This document shows, piece by piece, positions 1-17,055 of a stretch of 64,000 nucleotides of DNA. How positions within the stretch are numbered: the stretch's first letter is position 1; the number at the start of each line of letters is the position of its first letter. The stretch is from Eledone cirrhosa (lineage: Eukaryota). Made by a program: the position numbers and the translations under genes. The notes below the pieces were generated by a model. It worked only from the letters and a program-made list of their open reading frames with translations. It searched no databases and had not been told where the DNA came from. The DNA lies in NCBI GenBank assembly GCA_964016885.1, contig OZ024742.1, forward strand, positions 374,542,001 through 374,606,000. The letters are read 5' to 3'.

Positions 1-3000
1 CTATATGACTACAGTACCACTAGTGAAGGTATATACTGCACTATATGACTACAGTACTACTAGTGAAGGTATATACTGTACTATGACTACAGTACCACTA
101 GTGAAGGTATATACTATACTATATGACTACAGTACCACTAGTGAAGGTATATACTATACTATATGACTACAGTACCACTAGTGAAGGTATATACTATACT
201 ATATGACTACAGTACCACTAGTGAAGGTATATACTATACTATATGACTACAGTACCATTGGTGAAGGTATATACTGTACTATATGACTACAGTACTACTA
301 GTGAAGGTATATACTGTACTATGACTACAGTACAACTATTGAAGGTATATACTGTACTATATGAGTACAGTACCACTAGTGAAGGTATATACTATACTAT
401 ATGACTACAGTACCACTAGTGAAGGTATATACTAAACTATATGACTACAGTACCACCAGTGAAGGTATATACTGTACTATATGACTACAGTACCACTAGT
501 GAAGGTATATACTATATGACTACAGTACCACTAGTGAAGGTATATACTATACTATATGACTACAGTACTATTAGTGAAGGTATATACTGTACTATATGAC
601 TACAGTACCACTAGTGAAGGTATATACTATACTATATGACTACAGTACCACTAGTAAAGGTATATACTGTACTATATGACTACAGTACCACTAGTGAAGG
701 TATATACTGTACTATATGACTACAGTACTACTAGTGAAGGTATATACTATACTATATGACTACAGTACCACTAGTGAAGGTATATACTATACTATATGAC
801 TACAGTACCACTAGTGAAGGTATATACTGTACTATATGACTACAGTACTACTAGTGAAGGTATATACTATACTATATGACTACAGTACTACTAGTGAAGG
901 TATATACTGTACTATATGACTACAGTACTACTAGTGAAGGTATATACTGTACTATATGACTACAGTACAACCAGTGAAGGTATATACTATACTATATGAC
1001 TACAGTACTACTAGTGAAGGTATATACTATACTATATGACTACAGTACTACTAGTGAAGGTATATACTATACTATATGACTACAGTACCACTAGTGAAGG
1101 TATATACTAAACTATATGACTACAGTACCACCAGTGAAGGTATATACTGTACTATATGACTACAGTACCACTAGTGAAGGTATATACTATACTATATGAC
1201 TACAGTACCACTAGTGAAGGTATATACTATACTATATGACTACAGTACTACTAGTGAAGGTATATACTGTACTATATGACTACAGTACCACTAGTGAAGG
1301 TATATACTGTACTATATGACTACAGTACTGCTAGTGAAGGTATATACTATATGACTACAGTACCACTAGTGAAGGTATATACTATACTATATGACTACAG
1401 TACCACTAGTGAAGGTATATACTATACTATATGACTACAGTACCACTAGTGAAGGTATATACTATACTATATGACTACAGTACTACTAGTGAAGGTATAT
1501 ACTGTACTATATGACTACAGTACTACTAGTGAAGGTATATACTATACTATATGACTACAGTACTCCTAGTGAAGGTATATACTATACTATATGACTACAG
1601 TACTACTAGTGAAGGTATATACTATACTATATGACTACAGTACTACTAGTGAAGGTATATACTGTACTATATGACTACAGTACTACTAGTGAAGGTATAT
1701 ACTATACTATATGACTACAGTACTACTAGTGAAGGTATATACTATACTATATGACTACAGTACTACTAGTGAAGGTATATACTATACTATATGACTACAG
1801 TACCACTAGTGAAGGTATATACTATACTATATGATTACAGTACCACTAGTGAAGGCATATACTATACTATATGACTACAGTACCACTAGTGAAGGTATAT
1901 ACTATACTATATGACTACAGTACCACTAGTGAAGGTATATACTGTACTATATGACTACAGTACTACTAGTGAAGGTATATACTAAACTATATGACTACAG
2001 TACTACTAGTGAAGGTATATACTATACTATATGACTACAGTACCACTAGTGAAGGTATATACTTTACTATATGACTACAGTACTACTAGTGAAGGTATAT
2101 ACTATATGACTACAGTACTACTAGTGAAGGTATATACTGTACTATGACTACAGTACCACTGGTGAAGGTATATACTATACTATATGACTACAGTACCACT
2201 AGTGAAGGTATATACTATTCTATGACTACAGTACCACTGGTGAAGGTATATACTATACTATATGACTACAGTACCACTAGTGAAGGTATATACTATACTA
2301 TATGACTACAGTACCACTAGTGAAGGTATATACTGTACTATATGACTACAGTACTACTAGTAGAAGGTATATACTAAACTATATGACTACAGTACTACTA
2401 GTGAAGGTATATACTAAACTATATGACTACAGTACCACTAGTGAAGGTATATACTATACTATATGACTACAGTACCACTAGTGAAGGTATATACTATACG
2501 ACTACAGTACCACTAGTGAAGGTATATACTGTACTATATGACTACAGTACCACTAGTGAAGGTATATACTAAACTATATGACTACAGTACCACTAGTGAA
2601 GGTATATACTATACTATATGACTACAGTACCACTAGTGAAGGTATATACTATACTATATGACTACAGTACCACTAGTGAAGGTATATACTGTACTATATG
2701 ACTACAGTACCACTAGTGAAGGTATATACTAAACTATATGACTACAGTACCACTAGTGAAGGTATATACTATACTATATGACTTCAGTACCACTAGTGAA
2801 GGTATATACTATACTATATGACTACAGTACCACTAGTGAAGGTATATACTATACTATATGACTACAGTACCACTAGTGAAGGTATATACTATACTATATG
2901 ACTTCGGTACCACTAGTGAAGGTATATACTGTACTATATGACTACAGTACCACTAGTGAAGGTATATACTAAACTATATGACTACAGTACCACTAGTGAA

Positions 3001-3518
3001 GGTATATACTATACTATATGACTTCAGTACCACTAGTGAAGGTATATACTATACTATATGACTACAGTACCACCAGTGAAGGTATATACTATACTATATG
3101 ACTACAGTACCACTAGTGAAGGTATATACTATACTATATGACTTCGGTACCACTAGTGAAGGTATATACTATACTATATGACTTCAGTACCACTAGTGAA
3201 GGTATATACTAAACTATATGACTACAGTACCACTAGTGAAGGTATATACTATACTATATGACTACAGTACCACTAGTGAAGGTATATACTATACTATATG
3301 ACTACAGTACCACTAGTGAAGGTATATACTGTACTATATGACTACAGTACCACTAGTGAAGGTATATACTAAACTATATGACTACAGTACCACTAGTGAA
3401 GGTATATACTATACTATATGACTTCAGTACTACTAGTGAAGGTATATACTAAACTATATGACTACAGTACCACTAGTGAAGGTATATACTATACTATATG
3501 ACTTCAGTACTACTAGTG
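1..3518. repeat. 40-bp tandem minisatellite (ACTATATGACTACAGTACCACTAGTGAAGGTATATACTAT), open at window start
   Basis: Directly visible near-identical 40-bp units with occasional shortened units. Confidence 0.98.
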
Positions 3519-3625
3519 ATGGTGTGTGGCTCAGTGGTATTAACACAATTATAAGATCATGGTCTATTTCCTGAACCAAGCAGTGCATTATGTTCTTGAG
3601 CAAGAAGCTTCATTTCACATTGCTT
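3519..3625 (+). mobile_element. Decayed tRNA-derived SINE 5' part
   Basis: A-box-like TGGCTCAGTGG and the TTCTTGAGCAAG...TTTCACATTGCT core match the younger SINEs at 13.2 and 15.1 kb. Confidence 0.65.
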
Positions 3626-4299
3626 TTCCTGAAAGGACTAGCCCCCCCTCCCGTGAATAAAATAGCCGAGAAACATTTTTCATTGTGTAGGTGTTAAGAA
3701 CATGACAACAAAGTTCTTATATGAAATTGTGGTAAAAGGTTTTTAATTCGAATATAAATACTTTAATATACAGAGTTACAGTTTCGGGTGTATTAGTAAT
3801 GAAACGGAATCTAGAAAATATAGGGTTCAATTCATCATAGTGGCCGATGGCAATTTCTTTTTCTGTCTTTTAAGGGACATCACCCAAGTTTATAAGCTGT
3901 CTTTATAGCATTTCTCCACTTGAGCACTTTGTTTATAATTATATATATATTCTCAGCACTTCAAAAGCCAAAAACTCGACTTCATTCATTGTTTAAAGAA
4001 ATTAAATTACAAAATGCTGGGCTAAAAAGTTACACCATCAGTGCATGAGAGATGACGATGATGATGATTGTAGAATTATTTACTGAAACAATATTTGAAA
4101 TACTTTATTATGGATGTCTCTTTTACTGTACTTTGTTTTAAAAATGTCTTTTTGAACCATTATTTTCCAGCTACAAGTTAAGAACAAACTTGGCATTTTT
4201 GTTGTTCTTCAGTGACTTCATTACAATAATAATAGGTTTGATGCAGACCTATTATTTATATTTATTAATATCTATATAAATGTTATATTTATTAATATA

Positions 4300-4507
4300 C
4301 AGGGTGAGCCTTTCCCTCATTATAAATCTTTATTAAGCAAAAGATAAACAAGATAGAAAAATTACAACTACTTTCCGCAGAAGAGAAAGTGTAAAACGTG
4401 TTCAGAAAACTTTAAACTTATAAATTAAATCAATGAATAAGTAAAATCTTAAATAGTATCCAAGATATGGTATTTTATAATCAGGAAAAGATTTTATGCT
4501 CACCTTG
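4300..4507. mobile_element. Tc1/mariner-type MITE
   Basis: TA-CAGGGTGAGC ... GCTCACCTTG-TA; 10-bp TIR with 1 mismatch and TA target duplication. Confidence 0.65.
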
Positions 4508-5348
4508 TATATATAAATGTGTTATTTTATATTTATTAATATATATTAATGTATTATAATTATTTAATTATATATATATTAATGCTACACAGATCTTGCT
4601 TGAGCTTCGTTATTAAACTTTTTAACCCTTTACATGAGTTGACAAGTAAACTGATAGTTTTCTAGATGTTTTTATTATGATACCATTCTCCATTCTCTCT
4701 ATATATCAGCATGCAGTCTTTACTCTGCTTTCAGTTTAACTTTGCATCATAATACATTATTTACTCTTTATAAGCATGGTTTATATTTCTTCAAAAAATT
4801 GTTTTGGAAATAAGCTTTTGCGTTAAAACTAATTTTGAATTTTAATTTAATTTTTATCCTTTTGAAATATCGTAAGTAAATGTAATATAGATTTCTTTAA
4901 GAATACAAAAGAATATCAACGACAAGCCTTACAACAAAAAAGTGAATTAACTTATTCATGAAACTTTGTTTAAAATGTTTCCACCCAACCATGTTATTGA
5001 AACTTCAGAAGGTACGGTTGTTTTAAAGGTATCTGTCCTGCTCATCTTTCTACATTGAGAGACAGTTCTCTTGTATCCTTTCATTGTTTGCATGTTCCAC
5101 ATTTTCCCATTATCTCTTTAAACTATGAGGTTCATGGTTTTCCTCGTACACAGTGATCGTGGTGTTGGTGTCCACTGTGTTCACGGATTTTCTACATTCA
5201 CTGAAATACTATTGTTGCTTTCAAAATCTTAACTTTCTAAAAGACCCATTGATGGTTCATAGAGTTAGCTTAACATGTTTTATAGTAGTTCTTTAAATAT
5301 ATATATAATAAACTCTGAGGACGCCAGGGATGATTTGTAAACTAGGGG

Positions 5349-5531
5349 TTAGATTATAAAATTATAACCCAGTGGTTGAAATTCTACACTGGCAGAAACA
5401 TTAGTCAGTTTAATAAACGACTGTGCAACTTTCAGGAAGTGAGCAATCTCTAAATCACTATGCCCTACCATTAAGGCAACAATTACAGCGTGCCTTTTCA
5501 TTTGCTGAGTTAGCTTGATGTCTGTTGTCAT
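5349..5531 (-). pseudogene. N-terminal HTH fragment of a Tc1/mariner-superfamily transposase
   Basis: MKRHAVIVALMVGHSDLEIAHFLKVAQSF resembles the N-terminal HTH of invertebrate Tc1/mariner (maT-like) transposases; no catalytic domain follows. Confidence 0.55.
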
Positions 5532-5838
5532 TTATATGAAAAGAAATGATAATCAGAACAAGTTAGAGGATAAGTTAGAGCTATTAAAAGATGTCCTCAA
5601 AGAACTGAACAACCTTGTCTTATGAACCAATTTATACTAATCAATATTTTACATTCAATGTATTTTGTAATTTGTGCATTATATTTGAAAAATAGAATTA
5701 CCAATCTTGTTTCATATATTTACATTTTTGTATAAAATGAATAAATTTATATATATATGCAAATGACAAACAAATAACAAAGCAAACAACACAGTACAGT
5801 GAAGAAAGATGTATTAGTTTTATGCTTGATATAGTAGT

Positions 5839-5873
5839 CTTAATGTTTCCGACAATAGTCCTTCATCAGAAAA
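5839..5873 (-). ncRNA. Degenerate type I hammerhead ribozyme motif
   Basis: Minus strand reads CTGATGAA GGAC TATT GTCG GAAA CATT AAG; motif and flank are homologous to the 48554 copy. Confidence 0.55.
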
Positions 5874-5989
5874 TAGAAAGATAGAAGAGACTGGGCAGTA
5901 GCAGAAATTAAAAAACATTTCTTAAAGAAAAAAACAAGTCTATTCACATTGCCATCTCTTGGAATGAAAAAATATATATATATAACAAA

Positions 5990-6160
5990 GATGGTGTGGT
6001 AAGATACCAGGTGGACCATAACGCACCAGAGTACTCAATACTATGGGTAGTAGAGTGGGTAATAGAAAAAGAGTCAGGTCCCCAATAGCTGGATCCTGTT
6101 TGGATCTAGCTGTCAAAATGGCCAGAGCTCAGCCATCGGGTTTCTGACTCTTTTCCTATA
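5990..6160 (-). mobile_element. Penelope-like terminal repeat fragment (same family as 24261 and 49050)
   Basis: Shared GGTAAGATACCAGGTGGACCATAACGCACCAGAGTACTCAATACT block, decayed hammerhead 3' half, short inverted GAGTCAG/CTGACTC arms. Confidence 0.55.
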
Positions 6161-7815
6161 TATGTGTGTGTGTGGTTGATGGCTGAGAAAAGAGTACTCA
6201 ATACCATAGTAGAGTTCAAATATTCATTTTATTAAGGCTAAAATATATATTAAATCTTTCAATGATTGTTACTGAATCTTCCTTTTCTACATATTTCAGT
6301 CTTAATAGTCTCACTATTTAATTTTTTACTTTTACTTCCTCAGCATAATTTGAAGTATGTGTGTGTATATTATAGGTGTATCTTGTAGTAGTGCCGGCAC
6401 TACTATTTTACAGTGTAGACTGGGTTTATTTTATTGTAGCATATATATATTTATTGTTAGTACAAATTAAAGTTTAAGCAAAGAATTTCTACTTTCACCC
6501 TAAACAGGATATATATATATAAATATAAATTCAGCGAGAATCGTATTTCGGCTGGTAGAAAAAGTGAAACGAAATGCAAAATCGTAGAAATGCAGGGAAA
6601 AGCAGACATATGATGATGATATATATGTGTGCGTCACAATAAAATACACCCATTGCCACGCTGTAAAATGGTAGTGCTGGTTACTGATTCCAACCTTACC
6701 AGTAATACTACACTCATTTGCAAGGTACGGAATTCTGATAAAATAGCTTTCAATGATATTTTGAGCAGTTAACAGGAAGGATATATAATCTTTCAAAACA
6801 CTTTAATTCTCCTTAACATCCTCTACCTCATGAAACAGCATAATAATATAAACTTGTTAATTAACAAACATTTAAAACTATTTTCTTCTAAATCATTACT
6901 GGGTGTTAAGAAATAATACTGCAGATTTTTACAACAATCTATTCACTAATAAAGAAACTATAAATATTTGAATTAATAAACCTGTTTTTAGATATTTTCT
7001 GCTAAATCATTAGATGTTAAGAAATAATACTACAAATTTTTACAGTGACCAGTCCACTAGTAAAAATACTATGTTAAATTAGTTTCAATCTTATTTTGTG
7101 TGGTTAACACAAGGAAGGATATTTTAACTTTCAAAAATACTTTGGAATCTCCTCTAGTTATACAAACTTAGAATATATGGATGTAAAGCAGTGAAACAAA
7201 GTAACTCTAAATAGCCTTTTGTATCTTACTATATGTATAGATAGACGGCCAATTGTTTATTTGAATCTGTTGAGTTTTTCTATGTTCCATGTGTGGTGGG
7301 TGTCTTCAAATAGCAGACTACTATTTCACAGTGGCTATTAGCAATCGGTTTGATTGAAGAAAGTTTTCATTAATCTCATCTGAAGTTTCTATACTTAATA
7401 TTACAGATGTAAATTTAATTTCCATTAAAAAGAAATAACTGCTGGACTGTCAAATTATCTAAATTTGAAGTTTTTACTTTTACATATTTTTTTTTACATT
7501 TTACAAATATTTGTTGTGCTTATGCTTCTTGTCCCTTGCACTGTTTTGTTACTTAACCTGTGGGATATATTTGATTTTGTTTTAGAATTTGTTTCTAGAA
7601 AGAACTCGATTTTGTGAAGAGAAATCAGTCTTTAGAGATCCAACTGGACCTTCTTTTTTTTTTAAACCCTCCCCCCTTCCCTCCAGGGAAAGTAAATTTC
7701 ATCAAAAGGCCACCAAGGGAAAGATCAGGACAAACCAGAACTGGCTTATAGTTGTCTTTGTTGTTTTATAACATTATTTTCTATATTTGTTTATTCTCTC
7801 ACTCTCTCTCTCTTT

Positions 7816-7816
<1 letters not shown>

Positions 7817-7860
<44 letters not shown>

Positions 7861-7862
7861 GC

Positions 7863-7914
<52 letters not shown>

Positions 7915-7915
7915 G

Positions 7916-7967
<52 letters not shown>

Positions 7968-7975
7968 TGTATATG

Positions 7976-8051
<76 letters not shown>

Positions 8052-8308
8052 TGTATATGTATATATGTATATATGTATATATGTATATGTATATGTATAT
8101 ATGTATATGTATATATATATATGTATATATATATATGTATATGTATATGTATATATATATGTATATGTATATATATATGTATATATGTATATATATATGT
8201 ATATGTATATATATATATGTATATATATGTATACATATATATGTATATATATATATACATATATATGTATGTATATATATATATATATGTATATGTATAT
8301 GTATATAT

Positions 8309-8357
<49 letters not shown>

Positions 8358-8390
8358 CATATATATATGTATATATATATATACATATAT

Positions 8391-8439
<49 letters not shown>

Positions 8440-8451
8440 CATATATATATG

Positions 8452-8501
<50 letters not shown>

Positions 8502-8577
8502 CATATATATGTATATATATATATACATATATATGTATATATATATATATGTATATATATATATACATATATATGTA

Positions 8578-8627
<50 letters not shown>

Positions 8628-8684
8628 TGTATATATATGTATATATATATATATATATGTATATACATATATATATACATGTAC

Positions 8685-8773
<89 letters not shown>

Positions 8774-8795
8774 TATATATATATATATATATATA
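7817..8795. repeat. Imperfect (TA)n microsatellite array
   Basis: TA dinucleotide interrupted by TG/CA; source of spurious YI ORFs. Confidence 0.98.
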
Positions 8796-8961
8796 GTAGA
8801 AAATAAAGGGAATTCCTGGTACAGTAATATAAATTTGAAAAAAGGGGGGAAGAATGGCTTCACTGGTGGTTGATGTTCTTTAATGATTCAAATCCTTACA
8901 ATGTTGTTATTGATATTACATCAACCACCAGTGAAGTCATTCTTCCCCTTTTTTTTTTCAA

Positions 8962-9004
<43 letters not shown>

Positions 9005-9007
<3 letters not shown>

Positions 9008-9080
9008 GGTGCCCCCCAAAATGTATACACATTTATTAGAATGATGTTGATGTGTGTATACATTTTTAGGGGACATTCTC
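9005..9080. mobile_element. Tiny Tc1/mariner MITE
   Basis: CAGGGTGCCCCCCAAAATGTATACAC and imperfect inverted GTGTATACATTTTTAGGGGACATTCT, flanked by TA. Confidence 0.65.
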
Positions 9081-9731
9081 TATATGAATATATATTCTTC
9101 TTTGCACTCAGATCAATAATGTAATAGAAAAAAAACAACACTATTAACATGAATGTAATTTTCATCATCTGCACTTTTTATATTTATTTCTTGTTCCATT
9201 TTTATTGTATAAAAACTTAAATATTTATTTCATATTGTATAAACAAGTTTAATGAGAAAGTGTAAACTGGGACGCAATTTATTAAGTTGCCTCCCTCCCC
9301 GGAACCAATTTATTGAGTTGCCTCCCTTTTTATACTTCTTACCTTTCCATTTCTATCCATGCTCCTGGAAGCAACTTCAGTGAAGAGTGATCTACAACTA
9401 ACACTGACAATGTCACTTTATATTTCATTATAAATACTGTTCAATATGAAAATTATCTGTTTTGTGTTAGTGAGGTACCAACTACTTCAACATGCTGCAT
9501 GCATTTCTGAATTAGGCTTCACACAAAGACGTTGAAAGCTCCTTAAACACTATTATCTCATAATTATTGTTATTATTATTATTATTATAAATAGAAATAA
9601 AGGAATCGTTATTAATATTATCAGCATTTTATACTGTTAAGTTAATTTCAAAGATATCAAATCTATTATGGAATCTATATATGTCTAGCTTGTGTTTCAT
9701 CTAGTCTTCTAGTGAAAAAATGTTTTCTTTA

Positions 9732-9817
<86 letters not shown>

Positions 9818-9916
9818 CATATATGTATATATATATATATATAAATAGATATATGTATATATATATATACATATGTATATATATACATATATAGATATAT
9901 ATATACATATATATAT

Positions 9917-9995
9917 GTTATTAATTCTGGCAATATTACACAAATATGACCCTCCCCAAGTATAACAATATGCATATATATATATATATATATAC

Positions 9996-10028
<33 letters not shown>

Positions 10029-10116
10029 CATATATAGATATATATATACATATATATATGTTATTAATTCTGGCAATATTACACAAATATGACCCTCCCC
10101 AAGTATAACAATATGC

Positions 10117-10147
<31 letters not shown>

Positions 10148-10270
10148 TATACATATATATACATATATATTTATATACATATATAGATATATATATATAC
10201 ATATATATATGTTATTAATTCTGGCAATATTACACAAATATGACCCTCCCCAAGTATAACAATATGCATA
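9917..10270. repeat. Three copies of a ~60-bp unique block separated by TA-rich spacers
   Basis: GTTATTAATTCTGGCAATATTACACAAATATGACCCTCCCCAAGTATAACAATATGC at ~9917, ~10060 and ~10211. Confidence 0.9.
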
Positions 10271-10307
10271 TATATATATACACACACACATATATATACG
10301 TATATAT

Positions 10308-11839
10308 ATCATCATCACCGTTTTACGTCCGTTCTTCCACGTTAGCATGGGTTAGACGGGTTGTCCTGTTGTGGGCAGTGTCTGGTCGGCTGACCATGCC
10401 TTGCTCATACAGGAACTGGTTTGGCTTGATTTCTACAGCTGGATGCCCTTCCTAACACCAACCTCATTTACAGTGAGTGCTGTGTGCTTTTTCGTGGCGC
10501 TTACATGTCCACTTTACACCTGCACGACCACCTTGCGGTGGGGTGTGTGGGGGCATATTGTCTATATGCTTCAGTTTGTACCCATGGGAGGTCGGGTACT
10601 CTGTATTACTGCGTGACGCCAGAAGTCACGGTCGTGTGTCATTGCCTTTGGGAGGTGTAATTGGGTAAGGTCGGCTTTTATCACCTCATCCCAGGTCTCC
10701 CCACTCAGCGGTTTCCATCAACTTCTAGTGCTCTGCACCTTTTTATGCAGCTGTCATCCTTCATACGCATCACATGTCCATACCAGCGCAACCGCCTCTC
10801 CTGCACACAGCATTTGATTCCTCTTATGCTCAGTCTCTCTCTCAATTCATTTATGCTTTATCGTTCACGTATATTACTGTTACACATCCATCGGAGCATG
10901 CAGGCTTCGTTTCTCTCTAATCTACGTAAGTCTTCCACCTTCAGCGCCCAGGTCTCACTACCATGCAACATCGCTGTTCGGATACACGCATCATACAGTC
11001 TGCCGTTCATTCTGAGGGAGAAGCCTTTTGCAGCTAGCAGTGGTAGTAGTTCCCTAAACTTCTTCGATCCCGTTCTTACCCTAGTTATTGTACTTTCTGA
11101 ACACCCACCTCCGCTGCTAATTCGGTCACCTAGGTAGCAGAAGCTGTCTACTGTTTCTACAGGGCCCTCCCAGAGATCGGTGGTACTTATTTCCTGTGGC
11201 TGTTTGCTGCTTGCTGTCTCAGCACAGCTGCTGCATGTGAAGCCTACATTCTTAATTAAGCTTCCTGAGATCCCGCTACATCTCTTGTGTACCCATTGTT
11301 TGCATTTGGGGCAGAGAATGGAGTTCCTACCTACACCTTTCCTACATACTGAGCAAGGCCATTTCCCTGGGGGGATCTGGGTTCTGTTTTCTCGTCTACT
11401 TACAAGGACCTTAGTCTTTCTCATGTTGACTTTGAGACTCTTTCTTTCTAGTCCCTGCTTCCAAGTTTGGAATTTCTTCTCTAGTTCTACCATAGATTCA
11501 GCTATGAGTGCGAGGTCATCAGCATACAGGAGTTCCCATGGGCATCCGGTCTTAAACTCCTCCGTTATTGCCTGCAGGACTATGATGAACAGGAGGGCGC
11601 TAAGAACAGAGCCCTAGTGGACCCCAACCTGTACGCTAAATTCCTCGCTATACTCCTTGCTAATCCTAACTTTGCTGACTGCTCCCCTATACATGGCTTG
11701 TACCGCTTTCACAAGTCATTCATCTACTCCTAGTTTTCTAAGAGACCACCAGATTACGGCACGTGGAACTCTGTCAAAGGCTTTCTCAAGGTCGACAAAT
11801 GCCAAGTAGAGTGGCTTACTTTTAGCTAGGTACTTTTCC
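10308..11839 (-). mobile_element. 5'-truncated RTE LINE, subfamily B
   Basis: RT motifs ([13 protein letters not shown]), PHD-like Cys cluster, [14 protein letters not shown], 3'UTR and (GAT)n tail; contains stops and a small deletion; near-identical to 59357-60913. Confidence 0.95.
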
Positions 11840-13206
<1,367 letters not shown>

Positions 13207-13551
13207 ATCATCATCATCATCATCATTTCATTTTACGTCCGCTTTTCCCTGCTTGCAAGGGTGGGACGGAACTGATTCTGGCTTGATTTCTACAGCTGGA
13301 TGCCCTTCCTAACACCAACCTCATTTACAGTGAGTGCTGGGTGCTTTTTTGCCGTGGCACCTACACGACCACTTTGCAGTGGAATGATAAGGACCTCAGT
13401 CCTATCATCTCATTTCTACAGCTGAGTAAACTGGAGCAATTTGAAATAAAGTGTCTTGCTCAAGGAAACAACACACCACCCGGTCTGAGAATTGAACTCA
13501 CAACCTTTCGATTGCAAGGCCAATGCTCTAACCACTAAGCCATGTGCCTCC
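13207..13551 (-). mobile_element. tRNA-derived SINE with RTE-type 3' end
   Basis: Minus strand: GGAGGCACATGGCTTAGTGG (A box) ... GAGTTCAATTC (B box), CCTTGAGCAAGACAC core, AGGAAGGGCATCCAGCTGTAG, (GAT)n tail. Confidence 0.92.
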
Positions 13552-13891
13552 ATGTATGTATATATATATGTATATATATATATACACATATATATATACA
13601 TATATATATATGTATATATATATATATGTGTATATATATGTATATATATATACATATATATATATATAATAAATAAATAACAAAGAACGCCTATAGCATA
13701 TGCATATCTTTACTTGCTAACATTGTTTCATCCGCACTATAACCTCATACTGCCTGCTGGATAAGTGGAGTGTTATACACCCCTGATCCTTTCCCTAGCA
13801 TACTATGTATATATATATATATAATATACATATATATATATATATACATATATATATGTGTATATATATGTATATGTGTATATGTATATAT

Positions 13892-13927
<36 letters not shown>

Positions 13928-14585
13928 CATATATATATATATACATATATATATATATGTGTATATATATATATATGTGTATATGTATATATAGATATAT
14001 ATAGATATGTATATATATAGATATGTATATATATATATATGTATATATATATATGTATATATATATATGTATATATATATATGTATATATAGATATGTAT
14101 ATATAGATATGTATATATATGTATGTATATATATGTATATATATATATGTATATATAGATATGTATATATATATATGTATATATAGATATGTATATATAG
14201 ATATGTATATATATATATGTATATATAGATATGTATATATAGATATGTATATATATATATGTATATATAGATATGTATATATATATATGTATATATATAT
14301 ATGTATATATAGATATGTATATATATGTATATATAGATATGTATATATATACATGTATATATATATATATGTATATATATACATATATATATATGTATAT
14401 ATATACATATATATATATGTATATATATGTATATATATATATGTATATATATACATATATATATATGTATATATATACATATATATGTATGTATATACAT
14501 ATATATATATGTATATATATATATATGTGTGTATATATATGTATATGTGTGTATATGTATGTATATATATGTATATATATATATG

Positions 14586-14996
14586 TCCGGGAGAGATGAC
14601 CCCTTAGCCTTTGTCAAGGTAGAATTCTAGGAGAAGGAAAACTCTGATATAACAGCTGCAACCCTGATGGTATCCAATGATGTTGACTTGTTCTTCTTTT
14701 TGGTAAATATCATCTTGGTTAAGAGAGTGGGACTGGCTTTGTGCAGTGCCTTTGCTCACTATAAAAGCTTCACGGCACAGGCATTGCTTTATATCTGGAG
14801 ATCTCTCTGCACCTGTCGTCACATGGTACCATGGGCCCAGCACTGTGTCAATAATTGTCACAGGTGTAGTGTTTGTACCAGAGTTTTCAAGTCGCTGGCT
14901 GGACTAAAAAGTCACACTCGTTCAGCGCATCGGTAGGGGTTCTCCTACATGGATATAAAGTAGTGGCCGTACTCGAAAACGAGTTGGCAGCCACCA
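14586..14996 (+). mobile_element. Non-autonomous bipartite RTE-derived retroposon, 5'-truncated
   Basis: RTE 5'UTR-like CTAGGAGAAGGAAAACTCTG joined to a C2H2-encoding ORF end ([22 protein letters not shown]) and a 3' hairpin; copies at 25055 and 27331. Confidence 0.75.
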
Positions 14997-15093
14997 TATA
15001 TATATGTATGTATGTATGTATATATATGTATATATATATGTATATATATATGTATATATATATATGTATATATATATATGTATGTATATATAT

Positions 15094-15443
15094 ATCATCA
15101 TTCATCATCATCATTTCATTTTACGTCCGCTTTTTCCTTGCTTGCAAGGGTGGGACGGGAACTGATTCTGGCTTGATTTCTACAGCTGGATGCCCTTCCT
15201 AACACCAACCTCATTTACAGTGAGTGCTGGGTGCTTTTTTTTGCCGTGGCACCTACACGACCACTTTGCAGTGGAATGACATGGACCCTAGTCCTATCAT
15301 CTCATTTCTACAGCTGAGTAAACTGGAGCAATGTGAAATAAAGTGTCTTGCTCAAGGAAACAACACATCACCCGGTCTGAGAATTGAACTCACAACCTTT
15401 CGATTGCAAGGCCAATGCTCTAACCACTAAGCCATGTGCCTCC
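15094..15443 (-). mobile_element. tRNA-derived SINE
   Basis: Near-identical to 13207-13551. Confidence 0.92.
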
Positions 15444-15474
15444 ATATATGTATATATATATATATATATGTATG

Positions 15475-15513
<39 letters not shown>

Positions 15514-15567
15514 GTACATATATATATATATGTACATATATACATGTATATATATATATGTGTATAT

Positions 15568-15740
15568 ATCATCATCATCATCAACGTTTAACGTCCGTGT
15601 TCCACGCTTGCATGGGTTTGGACGGGGGTAGTCCCACTTGAGGCAAGAGTGATTGTCTTGCTCGCATAGGACTGTCTGGCAGGTTTTCTACAGTTGGATG
15701 CCCTTCCTAACACCAACCACATTTACAGTGTGGGTCAGTG
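15568..15740 (-). mobile_element. RTE subfamily A 3' end only
   Basis: Matches 48040-48208. Confidence 0.9.

Positions 15741-17055
<1,315 letters not shown>

Noticed and set aside
1-3518. CRISPR-like array
   Set aside because: Contiguous tandem units without unique spacers; eukaryotic context and no cas genes
3770-3845. Minus-strand ATGATGA...GAAACTGTA motif
   Set aside because: Core mutated and stems unsupported
4900-5011. Internal coding exon with AG and GTACGG boundaries
   Set aside because: Stops in all three frames; at most a very short terminal exon, with no further support
9917-10270. CRISPR-like repeat-spacer layout
   Set aside because: Spacers are related TA microsatellites
13470-13551. 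tRNA gene
   Set aside because: A/B boxes belong to a SINE head that continues into core and LINE tail; no complete cloverleaf
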